The notes under the pieces are model-generated. The model did not search any database and was not told the origin of the DNA. It was given only the letters and a program-made list of their open reading frames with translations. Source: a virus (Duplodnaviria > Caudoviricetes). From it: a stretch of 36,960 bases of DNA. The stretch spans positions 1 through 36,960 of the IMG/VR virus record IMGVR_UViG_3300006810_000012; one strand, 5' to 3'. Positions 7,090 through 16,280 of the stretch are shown piece by piece. Positions within the stretch are counted from its first letter, which is position 1; the number at the start of each line of letters is the position of its first letter. Both the position numbers and the translations under genes were made by a program.

Positions 7090-8477
7090 TGGAACACGTC
7101 TTTAGGGTCAGGAAGTACCAAGCCCCTTTCTTTGAGGCGTGGCGCAATGGCAAAAGCAAGCGACTTATTGAGATAGCCCACAGGCGGTGGGGCAAGGACG
7201 AGATTGCCTTGAACGTCACGCGTGACCTAGCACTAGAGCGCCCGGCATCATACTGGCATTGCCTGCCTGAATATTCCCAAGCCCGCAAAGCTATCTGGAC
7301 AGCGGTAAACCCGCACACAGGCAAACGGCGCATTGATGAGACATTCCCAAAAGAAATACGCAAGACCACACAAGAACAGGAAATGTTCATTGAACTGATA
7401 AACGGCTCTACATGGCAGTTGATCGGCTCTGACCGCTATGATGCCACTGTAGGTTCATCACCAGCGGGGATTGTCTATTCGGAGTGGGCTTTAGCTAACC
7501 CGTCTGCATGGGGTTATCATCGCCCTATGGTTCAAGAGAACAACGGCTGGGCCGCATTCATTACAACGCCGCGTGGCAACAACCATGCCAAGTCGATGTT
7601 TGATATGGCGCAGAAAAACCCTGACTGGTTCGCGGAAATCAGCAGCGTGTTGGATACGGGCGCACTAGATGAAAAGCAGCTTGCCGAGGCACTAGAGGAA
7701 TACCAGGCACTGTATGGCTTAGACTTTGGCCGCGCGATGTTCGAGCAGGAATATCTGTGCAGCTTCTCTGGCGCATTGGTTGGCGCTTACTTTGGCGCAG
7801 AAATGAACCGGGCCGAGCGTGAAGGCCGCATAACCGAAGTCGAGATTGATTACAGCCAGCCCGTCCACACAGCTTGGGACTTGGGCAAGGCAGTGAATAA
7901 CCCGGTATGGTGCTTTCAGGTGCTTAACGGCAAGCCCGTCATTGTGGACTTTTACCAGCCCGAAAGCGACGACCTGCAGGACTGGCTAAAATGGCTCAAT
8001 GATAAGGGATACAACGGCAACGATTATGTGCCGCATGATATTCTAGTGACAGAGTGGGGCAGCAAGCGGACGCGGTTTGAGACACTACAGGCGCACGGGC
8101 GCAAGCCTAAGCGGTTGCCGCGGGTTTCCGTAGCTGATGGCCTACAGGCTGGCCGCACAACGATTAACGAAGCCACTTTTGCCAATAGTGAGCGTGTTCT
8201 TGCTGGTATCGAAGGGCTAAAGAGTTACCGCAGGGATTGGGATGATGACCGCAAGACATTCCGCGAAGTACCTGTGAAGGATTGGGCAGAACATATCGGT
8301 TCAGCATGGCGTTATCTTGGCCTAGCTTGGAAGGACGTGCAGCCCATACAGAAAAAGGCTGTAAAACCCACAGAATTGGTTTATACTGCAAATCCAGATG
8401 GCACCCTCAACGCAAACATGAGCGTCATGGACATTGTAGAGCAGCGGATGCGCAAGAAAAGGCTAAATGATGAGTGA
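7089..8477 (+). CDS. terL: Terminase large subunit
   Basis: Walker A HRRWGKD, Walker B GIVYSE, ITTPRG coupling motif, QEY.CSF, nuclease AWDLG. Confidence 0.93.
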   Translation: MEHVFRVRKYQAPFFEAWRNGKSKRLIEIAHRRWGKDEIALNVTRDLALERPASYWHCLPEYSQARKAIWTAVNPHTGKRRIDETFPKEIRKTTQEQEMFIELINGSTWQLIGSDRYDATVGSSPAGIVYSEWALANPSAWGYHRPMVQENNGWAAFITTPRGNNHAKSMFDMAQKNPDWFAEISSVLDTGALDEKQLAEALEEYQALYGLDFGRAMFEQEYLCSFSGALVGAYFGAEMNRAEREGRITEVEIDYSQPVHTAWDLGKAVNNPVWCFQVLNGKPVIVDFYQPESDDLQDWLKWLNDKGYNGNDYVPHDILVTEWGSKRTRFETLQAHGRKPKRLPRVSVADGLQAGRTTINEATFANSERVLAGIEGLKSYRRDWDDDRKTFREVPVKDWAEHIGSAWRYLGLAWKDVQPIQKKAVKPTELVYTANPDGTLNANMSVMDIVEQRMRKKRLNDE

Positions 8478-10509
8478 CGAATACATGGACGGCGCAGAGG
8501 AAGTCATGCCAGAACAAAGCATGAACAAGGACGAGTTGTTGCGATTGGGTCGCAAGTGGCTTGATAAGATTGCCGCGTCTGAAAAGCGCGAAGCCAAATG
8601 GATTGAAAGCGCGGAAAAGGCAGAGGCCGCTTACTTGGCCGATGATGACGCAACAACGGACGCCTTGCCGTCATTCAACATTCTGCACAGCAACGTTGAA
8701 ACCATTGTCCCTAGCATCTTTAACTCCAGCCCATCCCCTGACATTCGCCCGCGCCACAACAACGCGACAGACCCCGGCCTAAAGGACGTTGCCAATCTGC
8801 TTGAAATGGCAATCAAGACGCAGGTTGATGATAGCGCAATGGATGCCGAGGTCGAGGGTAGCGCACAGGATGCGTTCATGGCTGGACGCGGCATTGTCCG
8901 TATTCGCTTTGAGGCTGACGAAGAACCAGCGCAAATGGAAATCGTTGACCAGATTGTGATTGACCCCGTGACTGGCGAACAGATGCTGGAGCAGGTTGAG
9001 GTGGAAGTATCCCCCGCCCGCATGGTCAATGAGCGCGTTTTATACGAAACCGTTTCTTGGCGTGATTACCGCGAAGGCCCGGCAAAGCGTTGGAAGGACG
9101 TGCCGTGGATTGCGATGCGCCACGAAATCACACAGACCGAGCGTGAACGTCTTGAGCAAGACGAAATCACAGAGGCGATGTATGATGAAGACGAAAACAA
9201 GGTAGACGAAGATAAGGACTGCACCGTTTGGGAAATCTGGTGCAAAGAGACAGGCAAGGTTTATTTTGTCGTTGATGTGAGCGGCGAAGTCGTCAGCATA
9301 TCCGATGATCCGCTTGGTCTGTCGCAGTTCTTCCCCGTTGCATCGCCTGTCCAGCCCATCACAGGCACAGGCAAGCGCATTCCCGTCACGCCTTACGCTA
9401 TCTATGAAAAGCTGGCGGTAGAGTTGGACGTAGCCACAAAGCGCATCAACGCAATTATGAAGGGCTTGAAGGTTCGCGGCATTATCGCTGCTGACGCCGA
9501 GGCCGTGGAACTAATGTCTGACGTTGGCGACAATGAACTTGTGCCGATTGCGAACATCGAAAACCTAGCAGCGGCAGGCGGGCTTGATAAAGCTATCATG
9601 TGGTGGCCTATTGAGCAGTCAGTGCGCGTGTTGCAGCAGCTTTATGTCCAGCGCGAACAGACCAAAGCGGCCATTTACGAAATCACAGGCATTTCTGACA
9701 TTATCCGTGGTCAGGGTGCCGCGTCCGAAACAGCGACAGCGCAGCAGATTAAGACCGAGTGGGGCGCATTGCGCGTCAAGAAAATGCAGCGGATGATAGA
9801 ACGTCAGGTACGCGAATTGTTCCTGATTACGTCCGAAATCATTTCTAAGCATTTCAGCATCGAAACACTTGCCAAGATTACGGGTGAGGAAATCACACCA
9901 GAGGCGCAGCAACTGTTGCAGAAGCCGATGGATCACTACCGCATTGACGTAGAGAGCGACAGTACAGTGCGGGCGGACATGACCAAGAGCCGTGGCGAAA
10001 TGTCAGCGTTCCTGCAAGGCACAGCGCAGTTCTTTAGTACCATGCAGCCCGTTGTAGCATCGGCACCAGCGGCAGCAGCGCCATTGGCGAAGATGTACGC
10101 CTCATTTGCGCGTCAGTTCAATCTAGGCAAGGCAGGCGAAGACGCCATTGACCAGTTCGCACAGATGGCAGAGGAACAGGCGCAGCAGGCAGGCCAAGAG
10201 GGTCCAAGCCCAGAAGAACAGGCGATGCAGGCGCAGTTGCAGATGGAACAGCAGAAATTGCAGATGGATCAGAAAAAGATGGAGGCCGAGTTTATGAACA
10301 TGCAGGCCAAAGTCATGCTTGAAATGGAAAAGCTAAAGCTGGACACTGAAAAGATGGGACTTGAGCGCGATAAGGCTGCGGCTGAATTGGGCTTGAAGCA
10401 GCAGGAAGTTGAAATCAAAGGCGCAACGGCGGAAGTTGATGCGGCGGCGAAGGCAGCAGAGATTGAACTAGAAATTGACCAAGAACGCGCAGTGCGCATA
10501 GGAGACTAA
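8467..10509 (+). CDS. Portal protein (P22-like, long C-terminal coiled coil)
   Basis: Follows TerL; 680 aa; EITGISDI.RG...ETATAQ motif; Gln-rich helical barrel tail. Confidence 0.88.
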   Translation: MMSDEYMDGAEEVMPEQSMNKDELLRLGRKWLDKIAASEKREAKWIESAEKAEAAYLADDDATTDALPSFNILHSNVETIVPSIFNSSPSPDIRPRHNNATDPGLKDVANLLEMAIKTQVDDSAMDAEVEGSAQDAFMAGRGIVRIRFEADEEPAQMEIVDQIVIDPVTGEQMLEQVEVEVSPARMVNERVLYETVSWRDYREGPAKRWKDVPWIAMRHEITQTERERLEQDEITEAMYDEDENKVDEDKDCTVWEIWCKETGKVYFVVDVSGEVVSISDDPLGLSQFFPVASPVQPITGTGKRIPVTPYAIYEKLAVELDVATKRINAIMKGLKVRGIIAADAEAVELMSDVGDNELVPIANIENLAAAGGLDKAIMWWPIEQSVRVLQQLYVQREQTKAAIYEITGISDIIRGQGAASETATAQQIKTEWGALRVKKMQRMIERQVRELFLITSEIISKHFSIETLAKITGEEITPEAQQLLQKPMDHYRIDVESDSTVRADMTKSRGEMSAFLQGTAQFFSTMQPVVASAPAAAAPLAKMYASFARQFNLGKAGEDAIDQFAQMAEEQAQQAGQEGPSPEEQAMQAQLQMEQQKLQMDQKKMEAEFMNMQAKVMLEMEKLKLDTEKMGLERDKAAAELGLKQQEVEIKGATAEVDAAAKAAEIELEIDQERAVRIGD

Positions 10510-10511
10510 GA

Positions 10512-10748
10512 ATGTTTTATTCAGACCCGGCAGACAGAATTGTAGCGGTGACGGCAAGCGACAGCACGGACCTGACTGGTGCGCGTGGTTTGCTTGTTGG
10601 CGGCGCTGGTGACGTGGCAGTACGCATGATTAACGCACCAGACACCACAGTGACCATGACAGGCATTGTAGCGGGCGCTATCCTGCCCCTGCGTGTTACC
10701 CGCGTTATGGCCGCGACAACCGCGACAAACATTACAGCCCTGTACTAA
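10512..10748 (+). CDS. Head-spike base protein (RcGTA Rcc01079-like)
   Basis: SDPA...VAVT.SD..DL...RGLLVG.AGDV.V...AG.ILPLRV.RV.A.TTAT.I.AL. Confidence 0.8.
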   Translation: MFYSDPADRIVAVTASDSTDLTGARGLLVGGAGDVAVRMINAPDTTVTMTGIVAGAILPLRVTRVMAATTATNITALY

Positions 10749-10760
10749 GGCGGTGGCTGA

Positions 10761-11975
10761 ATGCCGTATATCCCACTTAATCGCGGTGCTGGGCGTCTGT
10801 TTGAAGACAACCTTAACCGTATGCTTGAGGAACTTTTCCTGATGCTTAACACGGTAGACAGCACCAACAGCAGCACGGTTGAGTTGGGGGCTGCTGGCGT
10901 GTTCACTGGCGAGTGGCTGGACGTTAGCGGCTACAACAGCACGATGATTGCTGTGGCCACTGATGCTGACGGTTCATATGCAGTTCAATATTCGCCCGAC
11001 GCCGTTAATGTGGATAGTTCACTGACACGGTATTATCGCGTCGGCGAAATCAACCCGCCGCACAGGTTTACAAATACGCGCCAATACATGCGCATTGTGT
11101 TCACAAACGGCGATGATGCGCAGACATATTTCAGACTGCAAGCAATGATTGGCGACTTTACGGAGTTGAATGCTCCCGTTGATGGGACGCTTTCAAACGA
11201 CTTTGATGCAACGGTGGTTCGACCGACCGATTTCCACGATGAAGTTGCACTGAACTTGCGCCAAGGGTTAGTTGCAAATCTAAAGTTTGGCTTTAATGAT
11301 GACATTGATAGTGGCGCATCGGAGGTTGTCGCGTCATTTGGCGGCACATTTACGCCACTAACAACGGCTTCGACGCTCACCATCGTTTCAACAAGCACAG
11401 CGGACACGGCAGCAGGGACGGGGGCAAGAACGCTTTTCATATCCGGCATTGGGTCAGATAGACTTTCACAGTCTGATTTTGTCACACTGAACGGCACGAC
11501 CAATGTGGTCACTACGTCTACGTGGCTAGGGATAAACAGGATCGTGGTTCTTTCATCTGGCACTGGCCAGAAAAACGCGGGCGATATTAACGTTACAGCG
11601 ACAACAGGCGGCAGCAACCAAGCGCAAATTCCAGCAGGGAAAAGCGTAACGCAGCAGGCTATCTATTTTAATCAGGCGGGTCATTCGGCCCTGATCAAAA
11701 GCATAAACGTCAGCGTTTTGAAGCTTTCAGGCGGTTCATCGCCGCGCGTCACCTTTCGGCTAAAGGTTTTCAACCCAAACGTGACAAATTCAGTTTATGA
11801 AATCAGGCGTTTTCGGCTTGATGCTAGCGTTGACAACAAGTCCCTGCGTGATTTCCCCGTTGGATTGCGGGTAGACCCCACAGACGTTGTTTGGATGGAA
11901 TGCGAGACTGATACAAATAACACGATTGTTGAGACCGAAATGGACATTATCGAATATAAGAATGCGGCAACCTGA
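10761..11975 (+). CDS. Putative virion protein, beta-rich (possible head fibre or decoration)
   Basis: In the head module; Thr/Ser/Gly-rich; KFG.N.DID..., STADT..GTGART motifs. Confidence 0.55.
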   Translation: MPYIPLNRGAGRLFEDNLNRMLEELFLMLNTVDSTNSSTVELGAAGVFTGEWLDVSGYNSTMIAVATDADGSYAVQYSPDAVNVDSSLTRYYRVGEINPPHRFTNTRQYMRIVFTNGDDAQTYFRLQAMIGDFTELNAPVDGTLSNDFDATVVRPTDFHDEVALNLRQGLVANLKFGFNDDIDSGASEVVASFGGTFTPLTTASTLTIVSTSTADTAAGTGARTLFISGIGSDRLSQSDFVTLNGTTNVVTTSTWLGINRIVVLSSGTGQKNAGDINVTATTGGSNQAQIPAGKSVTQQAIYFNQAGHSALIKSINVSVLKLSGGSSPRVTFRLKVFNPNVTNSVYEIRRFRLDASVDNKSLRDFPVGLRVDPTDVVWMECETDTNNTIVETEMDIIEYKNAAT

Positions 11976-12271
11976 TGGCGAAATATATCTATGACCGCGA
12001 ACATAACTGCATGGTGGATAAAGACACCGGAATGCCGATGCTGAACCAAGAGGAAAAAGCACGGCCATTGCAGACGCCTAAGACGTTTAGCGACCTGCCC
12101 GGCTATCAAAGCCCGATTGACGGCACATGGGTCGAGGGACGCCGCGCCCGCAAGTATGACCTTGATAAAAATAACTGCGTAGATGCTAACGACTTCACAG
12201 GGTCCAAGCCACGCGGGTTCAAAAACGAAAAGTTCGCCAAAAAGCGTGGCGTTGAGCATCTGTTAAAGTAA
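11975..12271 (+). CDS. Hypothetical head-module protein
   Basis: YQSPIDG..VEGRRAR..DL..NNC motif; lies between portal and scaffold. Confidence 0.7.
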   Translation: MAKYIYDREHNCMVDKDTGMPMLNQEEKARPLQTPKTFSDLPGYQSPIDGTWVEGRRARKYDLDKNNCVDANDFTGSKPRGFKNEKFAKKRGVEHLLK

Positions 12272-12293
12272 CCAGCAAAGAGGACTAAAACCA

Positions 12294-13415
12294 ATGACCA
12301 TTGAAGCCACTGCGCAAGCACTGGCGACTGATGAGGCACAGACCGCCCCGCAAGTCGCTGATGAAGCACCAGCAGAGATTAGCGAAGAACAGGCGTTGAA
12401 TGACGTTTGGGATGAATTGCAATCGGAAGACGTTGCAGAAAAGCCACAGAACAAAAAGGGAACGCCCGCTGATGATGTTGCCGAAACCGAAGCTGACGAA
12501 CCCGACAGTGACGAAACGGCAGAAGAAAGCGAAGACGAGGCGACCGACACCGATGACGGCGAAGAAGCCGAAGAAGACGACACGCCAGCAGTTGAGGTCC
12601 CAACAGACCTTCCAAAGTCAGTGCGCGATGCTTGGAAAGACATTCCAGAGGGAGCGCAAAGCGCAATCCTAGAAAGCCATCGCAAGATGGGGCGTCAGTT
12701 GGCCGAGCAAGGGCGTCTGGTGCAGGGTATTAAGCCCATACAAGACGTTCTAGGCCAAGCGGTAAAGGACCTACCCGCATTGGCGAACATGTCGCCTAAA
12801 GACGTGGCACAGGAAGTCATGCAGCTTGCTAAGATTAGCAACGACTTTTCGACAAAGCCCGTCGAGACAATGGTAAGCCTGATTAAGCAGCACCGCCTAG
12901 AAGAACCTCTGCGCAAGTTGTTTGCCGGGCAGACGCCGGACCAAGGGTCTATGGCTAATAATCAGCTACAGCAGCACATTCAAAAGCTGGAACGCCAACT
13001 GCAACAGGTATCAGACCCAGAGTATCTTCGCGGTCAAATGGAGCAATTCACGACGACAGCAAGTGTGCAATCGTCTGTTGAGCAGTTTTCGCAAAATGCG
13101 GAACATTGGAATTTGGTTGAAGAACACATGCCAAATGCTATACAATACATCAAAGCCACTTCGCCCGACGCCTCCCCACAGGACGTGTTGCAAGAGGCTT
13201 ACGACCTTGCCGTAGGCAAGTTTGTGCCAAACGCGAATAAGGCAACGCAAGACAGTCCCGCCAATAAAACGGCCAGACCAGCGGCAGACCCTGAAAAAAC
13301 GCAAGCAGCACGTAAAGCCAAATCAGTTAACATCAAGTCAACAGCGACAGGAAACACTCGGAAGCTTACGGAAGCCGAAGAACTATCCCGCGCCTATGAC
13401 AAGATGCAATCATAA
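12294..13415 (+). CDS. Capsid scaffolding protein
   Basis: Acidic disordered N-terminus, helical core, directly upstream of the capsid gene. Confidence 0.8.
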   Translation: MTIEATAQALATDEAQTAPQVADEAPAEISEEQALNDVWDELQSEDVAEKPQNKKGTPADDVAETEADEPDSDETAEESEDEATDTDDGEEAEEDDTPAVEVPTDLPKSVRDAWKDIPEGAQSAILESHRKMGRQLAEQGRLVQGIKPIQDVLGQAVKDLPALANMSPKDVAQEVMQLAKISNDFSTKPVETMVSLIKQHRLEEPLRKLFAGQTPDQGSMANNQLQQHIQKLERQLQQVSDPEYLRGQMEQFTTTASVQSSVEQFSQNAEHWNLVEEHMPNAIQYIKATSPDASPQDVLQEAYDLAVGKFVPNANKATQDSPANKTARPAADPEKTQAARKAKSVNIKSTATGNTRKLTEAEELSRAYDKMQS

Positions 13416-13427
13416 AGGACACGAAAG

Positions 13428-14411
13428 ATGGCAACTCCATCCGCAACGTTCACTGAAATGGTAACTACGACCCTGCGCCGCAGCGGGACCGCAGTTGCTG
13501 ATAACGTCAGTGAACACAATGCGCTTATGAACATTCTAAAGCGCAAAAACAAAATCAAAGTTTATTCAGGTGGATACGAAATCCAAGAGCCGCTTGAGTA
13601 TGCAGAAAACGGCACCTATCAGCGTTACCAAGGCTATGAAAACCTTGATACGTCTGCAAGTGACGTTCTGACCTCTGCTAAGTACGAGTGGAAGCAAATT
13701 GCTCTGCACGTAACAGCATCTGGCCGCGAAATCCGCATGAACAGCGGTAAAGAGGCTATGATCAATTTGGTCCAAGCGCGTAAGAAAAACGCGATGAACA
13801 CAGCAGCCAACAACATGTCTATTGACGTGTATTCTGACGGCGCTTTGTCTAACCAGATTGGCGGTCTTGCCAACATCATCCAGACCAACGGTCAGGGTAC
13901 AGTTGGCGGCATTAACGCAGCGACCTACGCTTTCTGGCGCAACCAGTTCAAGGAAATGACAGGCACCGATACCGCCGCGTCACCTTCCGTTGCAAACGCC
14001 GCTTCAATGAAGGCCGACATGAACGCTCTGTGGTTGTCCACAGTTCGCGGGAATGACAAGCCAAACTTGATCGTGGCTACGCATGACCTGTATTCGCTCT
14101 ATGAGTTGGGCGAACAGCAGTTGCAGCGTTACGCTTCATCTGACCTTGCCAACGCTGGTTTTGAAACGCTTAAGTACAAGTCTGCGGACGTTGTGTTTGA
14201 CGACAACACCAACTTTGGCACCACTGATGAAAAAGCCTACTTCCTGAACACTGACTACATGTACCTTGTTCAGCATAAAGAGGCACAGTGGACAGCCGAC
14301 ACAGACAAAAAGCCTGTGAACCAAGATGCTGTTGTTATTCCGATGTACTGGATGGGCAACGTCATCACAACCAATCGCGCACGGCAGGGTATCCTGTTCG
14401 ACGCAGCATAA
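13428..14411 (+). CDS. Major capsid protein
   Basis: 327 aa; ADNVS.HNAL, GG.EI..PL.Y.EN, C-terminal NRARQG.L; biased codon usage. Confidence 0.9.
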   Translation: MATPSATFTEMVTTTLRRSGTAVADNVSEHNALMNILKRKNKIKVYSGGYEIQEPLEYAENGTYQRYQGYENLDTSASDVLTSAKYEWKQIALHVTASGREIRMNSGKEAMINLVQARKKNAMNTAANNMSIDVYSDGALSNQIGGLANIIQTNGQGTVGGINAATYAFWRNQFKEMTGTDTAASPSVANAASMKADMNALWLSTVRGNDKPNLIVATHDLYSLYELGEQQLQRYASSDLANAGFETLKYKSADVVFDDNTNFGTTDEKAYFLNTDYMYLVQHKEAQWTADTDKKPVNQDAVVIPMYWMGNVITTNRARQGILFDAA

Positions 14412-14426
14412 GAAAGGATATTTGTT

Positions 14427-14897
14427 ATGGGTATCTGTCTTGGTGCTGATCTGGACCAAACATTCACGTCACTGGACGAAGGCAAAACGCCGGGCTTGGG
14501 TGATGTGTTTTGGGGTACAGGCGGCAAAGTTTACAAGTTCGTGCAGTATGATGCTGGCACGGCAGCAGTTGCGGGCGTAGCGGGTGAAGTTACCTACTAC
14601 AACGGCACAGGGGCATATGGCACGTTCATTGTCACTTCTGATGTTTCTGACACCAACGGCGTGGGCGCAGGCGTTCTGCAAGCCGCCGCCGCTGATCAGG
14701 AGTATTGCTGGGTTCAAATCAAAGGTCCAGCAACGTTGTCGATCGCTCTGACCGCTGGTGCAAATGGCGACAGCCTGACACCAACGGGCGCTGGCGACGG
14801 TACGCTTGACCTAGCGACAGCAGCGGAAACAGACCACATTTGTGCGCAAGTCGATGACGCTGCCACAAACAAGATTGTCTGCGATTTCCCTTGGTAA
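14427..14897 (+). CDS. Capsid decoration/cement protein
   Basis: Ala/Gly/Thr-rich, G.VYKFVQ and YCWVQ.KG motifs, directly after the capsid gene. Confidence 0.65.
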   Translation: MGICLGADLDQTFTSLDEGKTPGLGDVFWGTGGKVYKFVQYDAGTAAVAGVAGEVTYYNGTGAYGTFIVTSDVSDTNGVGAGVLQAAAADQEYCWVQIKGPATLSIALTAGANGDSLTPTGAGDGTLDLATAAETDHICAQVDDAATNKIVCDFPW

Positions 14898-14905
14898 GCT
14901 AAAAC

Positions 14906-14928
14906 GGCAGGGCTGTCATGGCCCTGCC
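14906..14928 (+). terminator. GC-rich hairpin after the capsid genes (stabiliser or weak terminator)
   Basis: GGCAGGGC-TGTCATG-GCCCTGCC; no U-tract. Confidence 0.45.
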
Positions 14929-14962
14929 ACTAACCCCCTCTGAAATGAAAGACAGGGACGAT

Positions 14963-15538
14963 ATGATCCGAGTAATGGAATTTAAAACAGAGTACCGCGC
15001 AGCCAAAGACCCTATCGAATGGGTTTTGATTGCTCCGCTTGGTGCTGAATTTGAGAAGACACAGACATGGCACCGCGTGGCTAAAATCAAGCCCGATGAT
15101 GATATTGAGCCGGATAAAGCTGGTTCTGCGACGTATCAGGACATGATTGCCAAATGGGCGATTATTGGCCCTGCTTATGCCGCATGGAAAAACGGGCAGG
15201 AATTGCCTGATGATGGTACGCCTCTTAGCGCGTGGTCGGGTGTAACGGCAGAACAGGCAAAGTTCATGCGTTCCGTTGGCGTCCGCACTGTTGAAGAAGT
15301 GCGCGACATGGGCGAGGCGACAGTTGAAAAGCTACGTTTCCCGAATGCACGCAAACTACCTTCCCTAGCCGCTTCATGGCTGGACGGTGAGCAGGTTGCC
15401 GAGAAAGACGCGAAAATCTTGGAAATGCAGGAAAAGATGGACGCAATGGCGGAAATGCTTGAAGAAAGCATGAAAAACGCCAAGGCAGACAAACCCAAGC
15501 GCGGACGCCCGCCAAAGCAAGAAACAGAGGCCGCATAA
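14963..15538 (+). CDS. Hypothetical morphogenesis-region protein
   Basis: GTPL..W.......G.RTVEE motif, coiled coil, KRGRPPK tail; start could be 14918 or 14963. Confidence 0.7.
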   Translation: MIRVMEFKTEYRAAKDPIEWVLIAPLGAEFEKTQTWHRVAKIKPDDDIEPDKAGSATYQDMIAKWAIIGPAYAAWKNGQELPDDGTPLSAWSGVTAEQAKFMRSVGVRTVEEVRDMGEATVEKLRFPNARKLPSLAASWLDGEQVAEKDAKILEMQEKMDAMAEMLEESMKNAKADKPKRGRPPKQETEAA

Positions 15539-16279
15539 ATGACAACGGTTGTAGCAGCACTAGACCGCATCGCTAGGCAAACTAGCGTTGCTACGCCGTC
15601 CTCATGGGTTACGGCCACAACAAAGGACCAGTTGGAAATCCGCGACGATTTCCTGCTGGAAGCTGTTGACGACATTGCAGACCGCTTGGACCTTGCAAGC
15701 CCGATTGGGCAGCAAACCACACTCACAGGCGGCGCTGGTACAACAAACGCAGACGGGTCCGAGACATTCACCCTGCCTGCTGACTTCAAACGCACACAGC
15801 GCGACGAATTGGCCCTGTATGACGTAGATCAGGACCGACCGTGCATCCCTGTTACCAATACGGGACAGTGGACAATGCTGACCGACACAGGTGCGGCGGG
15901 TGCAATCAAGTATTATCGCGTTCAGGGCTATGACGGCAATTTCACGGTTGATATTTACAACGCCCCCGGCACCGGGTCCGAAATCAAGCTGTCCTATATC
16001 TCTAAGAATTGGATGGCGACAAGCGGCGGCACGGCTGGCGATATGCTGGCAAACCTAGATGACGTTTTGCTGCTTCCTAGACGTGTTGTCGAGGTTGGCG
16101 TGGTGTGGCGCTTTCGTGAACGTCGCGGCCTGCCCTATGAAGACAAATATGCCGAATATGAAGCGTTAATGGCGCGGCTTTCTAATGATAGCCGAGGGCG
16201 GCGCGTTGTGAACTTTGGTGAACCCGATAAAGACGTGCGCTGGCAAGACTTAATTCCTGCATTTATACCGAGTTCTTAA
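15539..16279 (+). CDS. Head-tail adaptor (tail tubular protein A-like)
   Basis: Position and size; V.WRFR..RGL.Y motif. Confidence 0.7.
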   Translation: MTTVVAALDRIARQTSVATPSSWVTATTKDQLEIRDDFLLEAVDDIADRLDLASPIGQQTTLTGGAGTTNADGSETFTLPADFKRTQRDELALYDVDQDRPCIPVTNTGQWTMLTDTGAAGAIKYYRVQGYDGNFTVDIYNAPGTGSEIKLSYISKNWMATSGGTAGDMLANLDDVLLLPRRVVEVGVVWRFRERRGLPYEDKYAEYEALMARLSNDSRGRRVVNFGEPDKDVRWQDLIPAFIPSS

Positions 16280-16280
16280 C

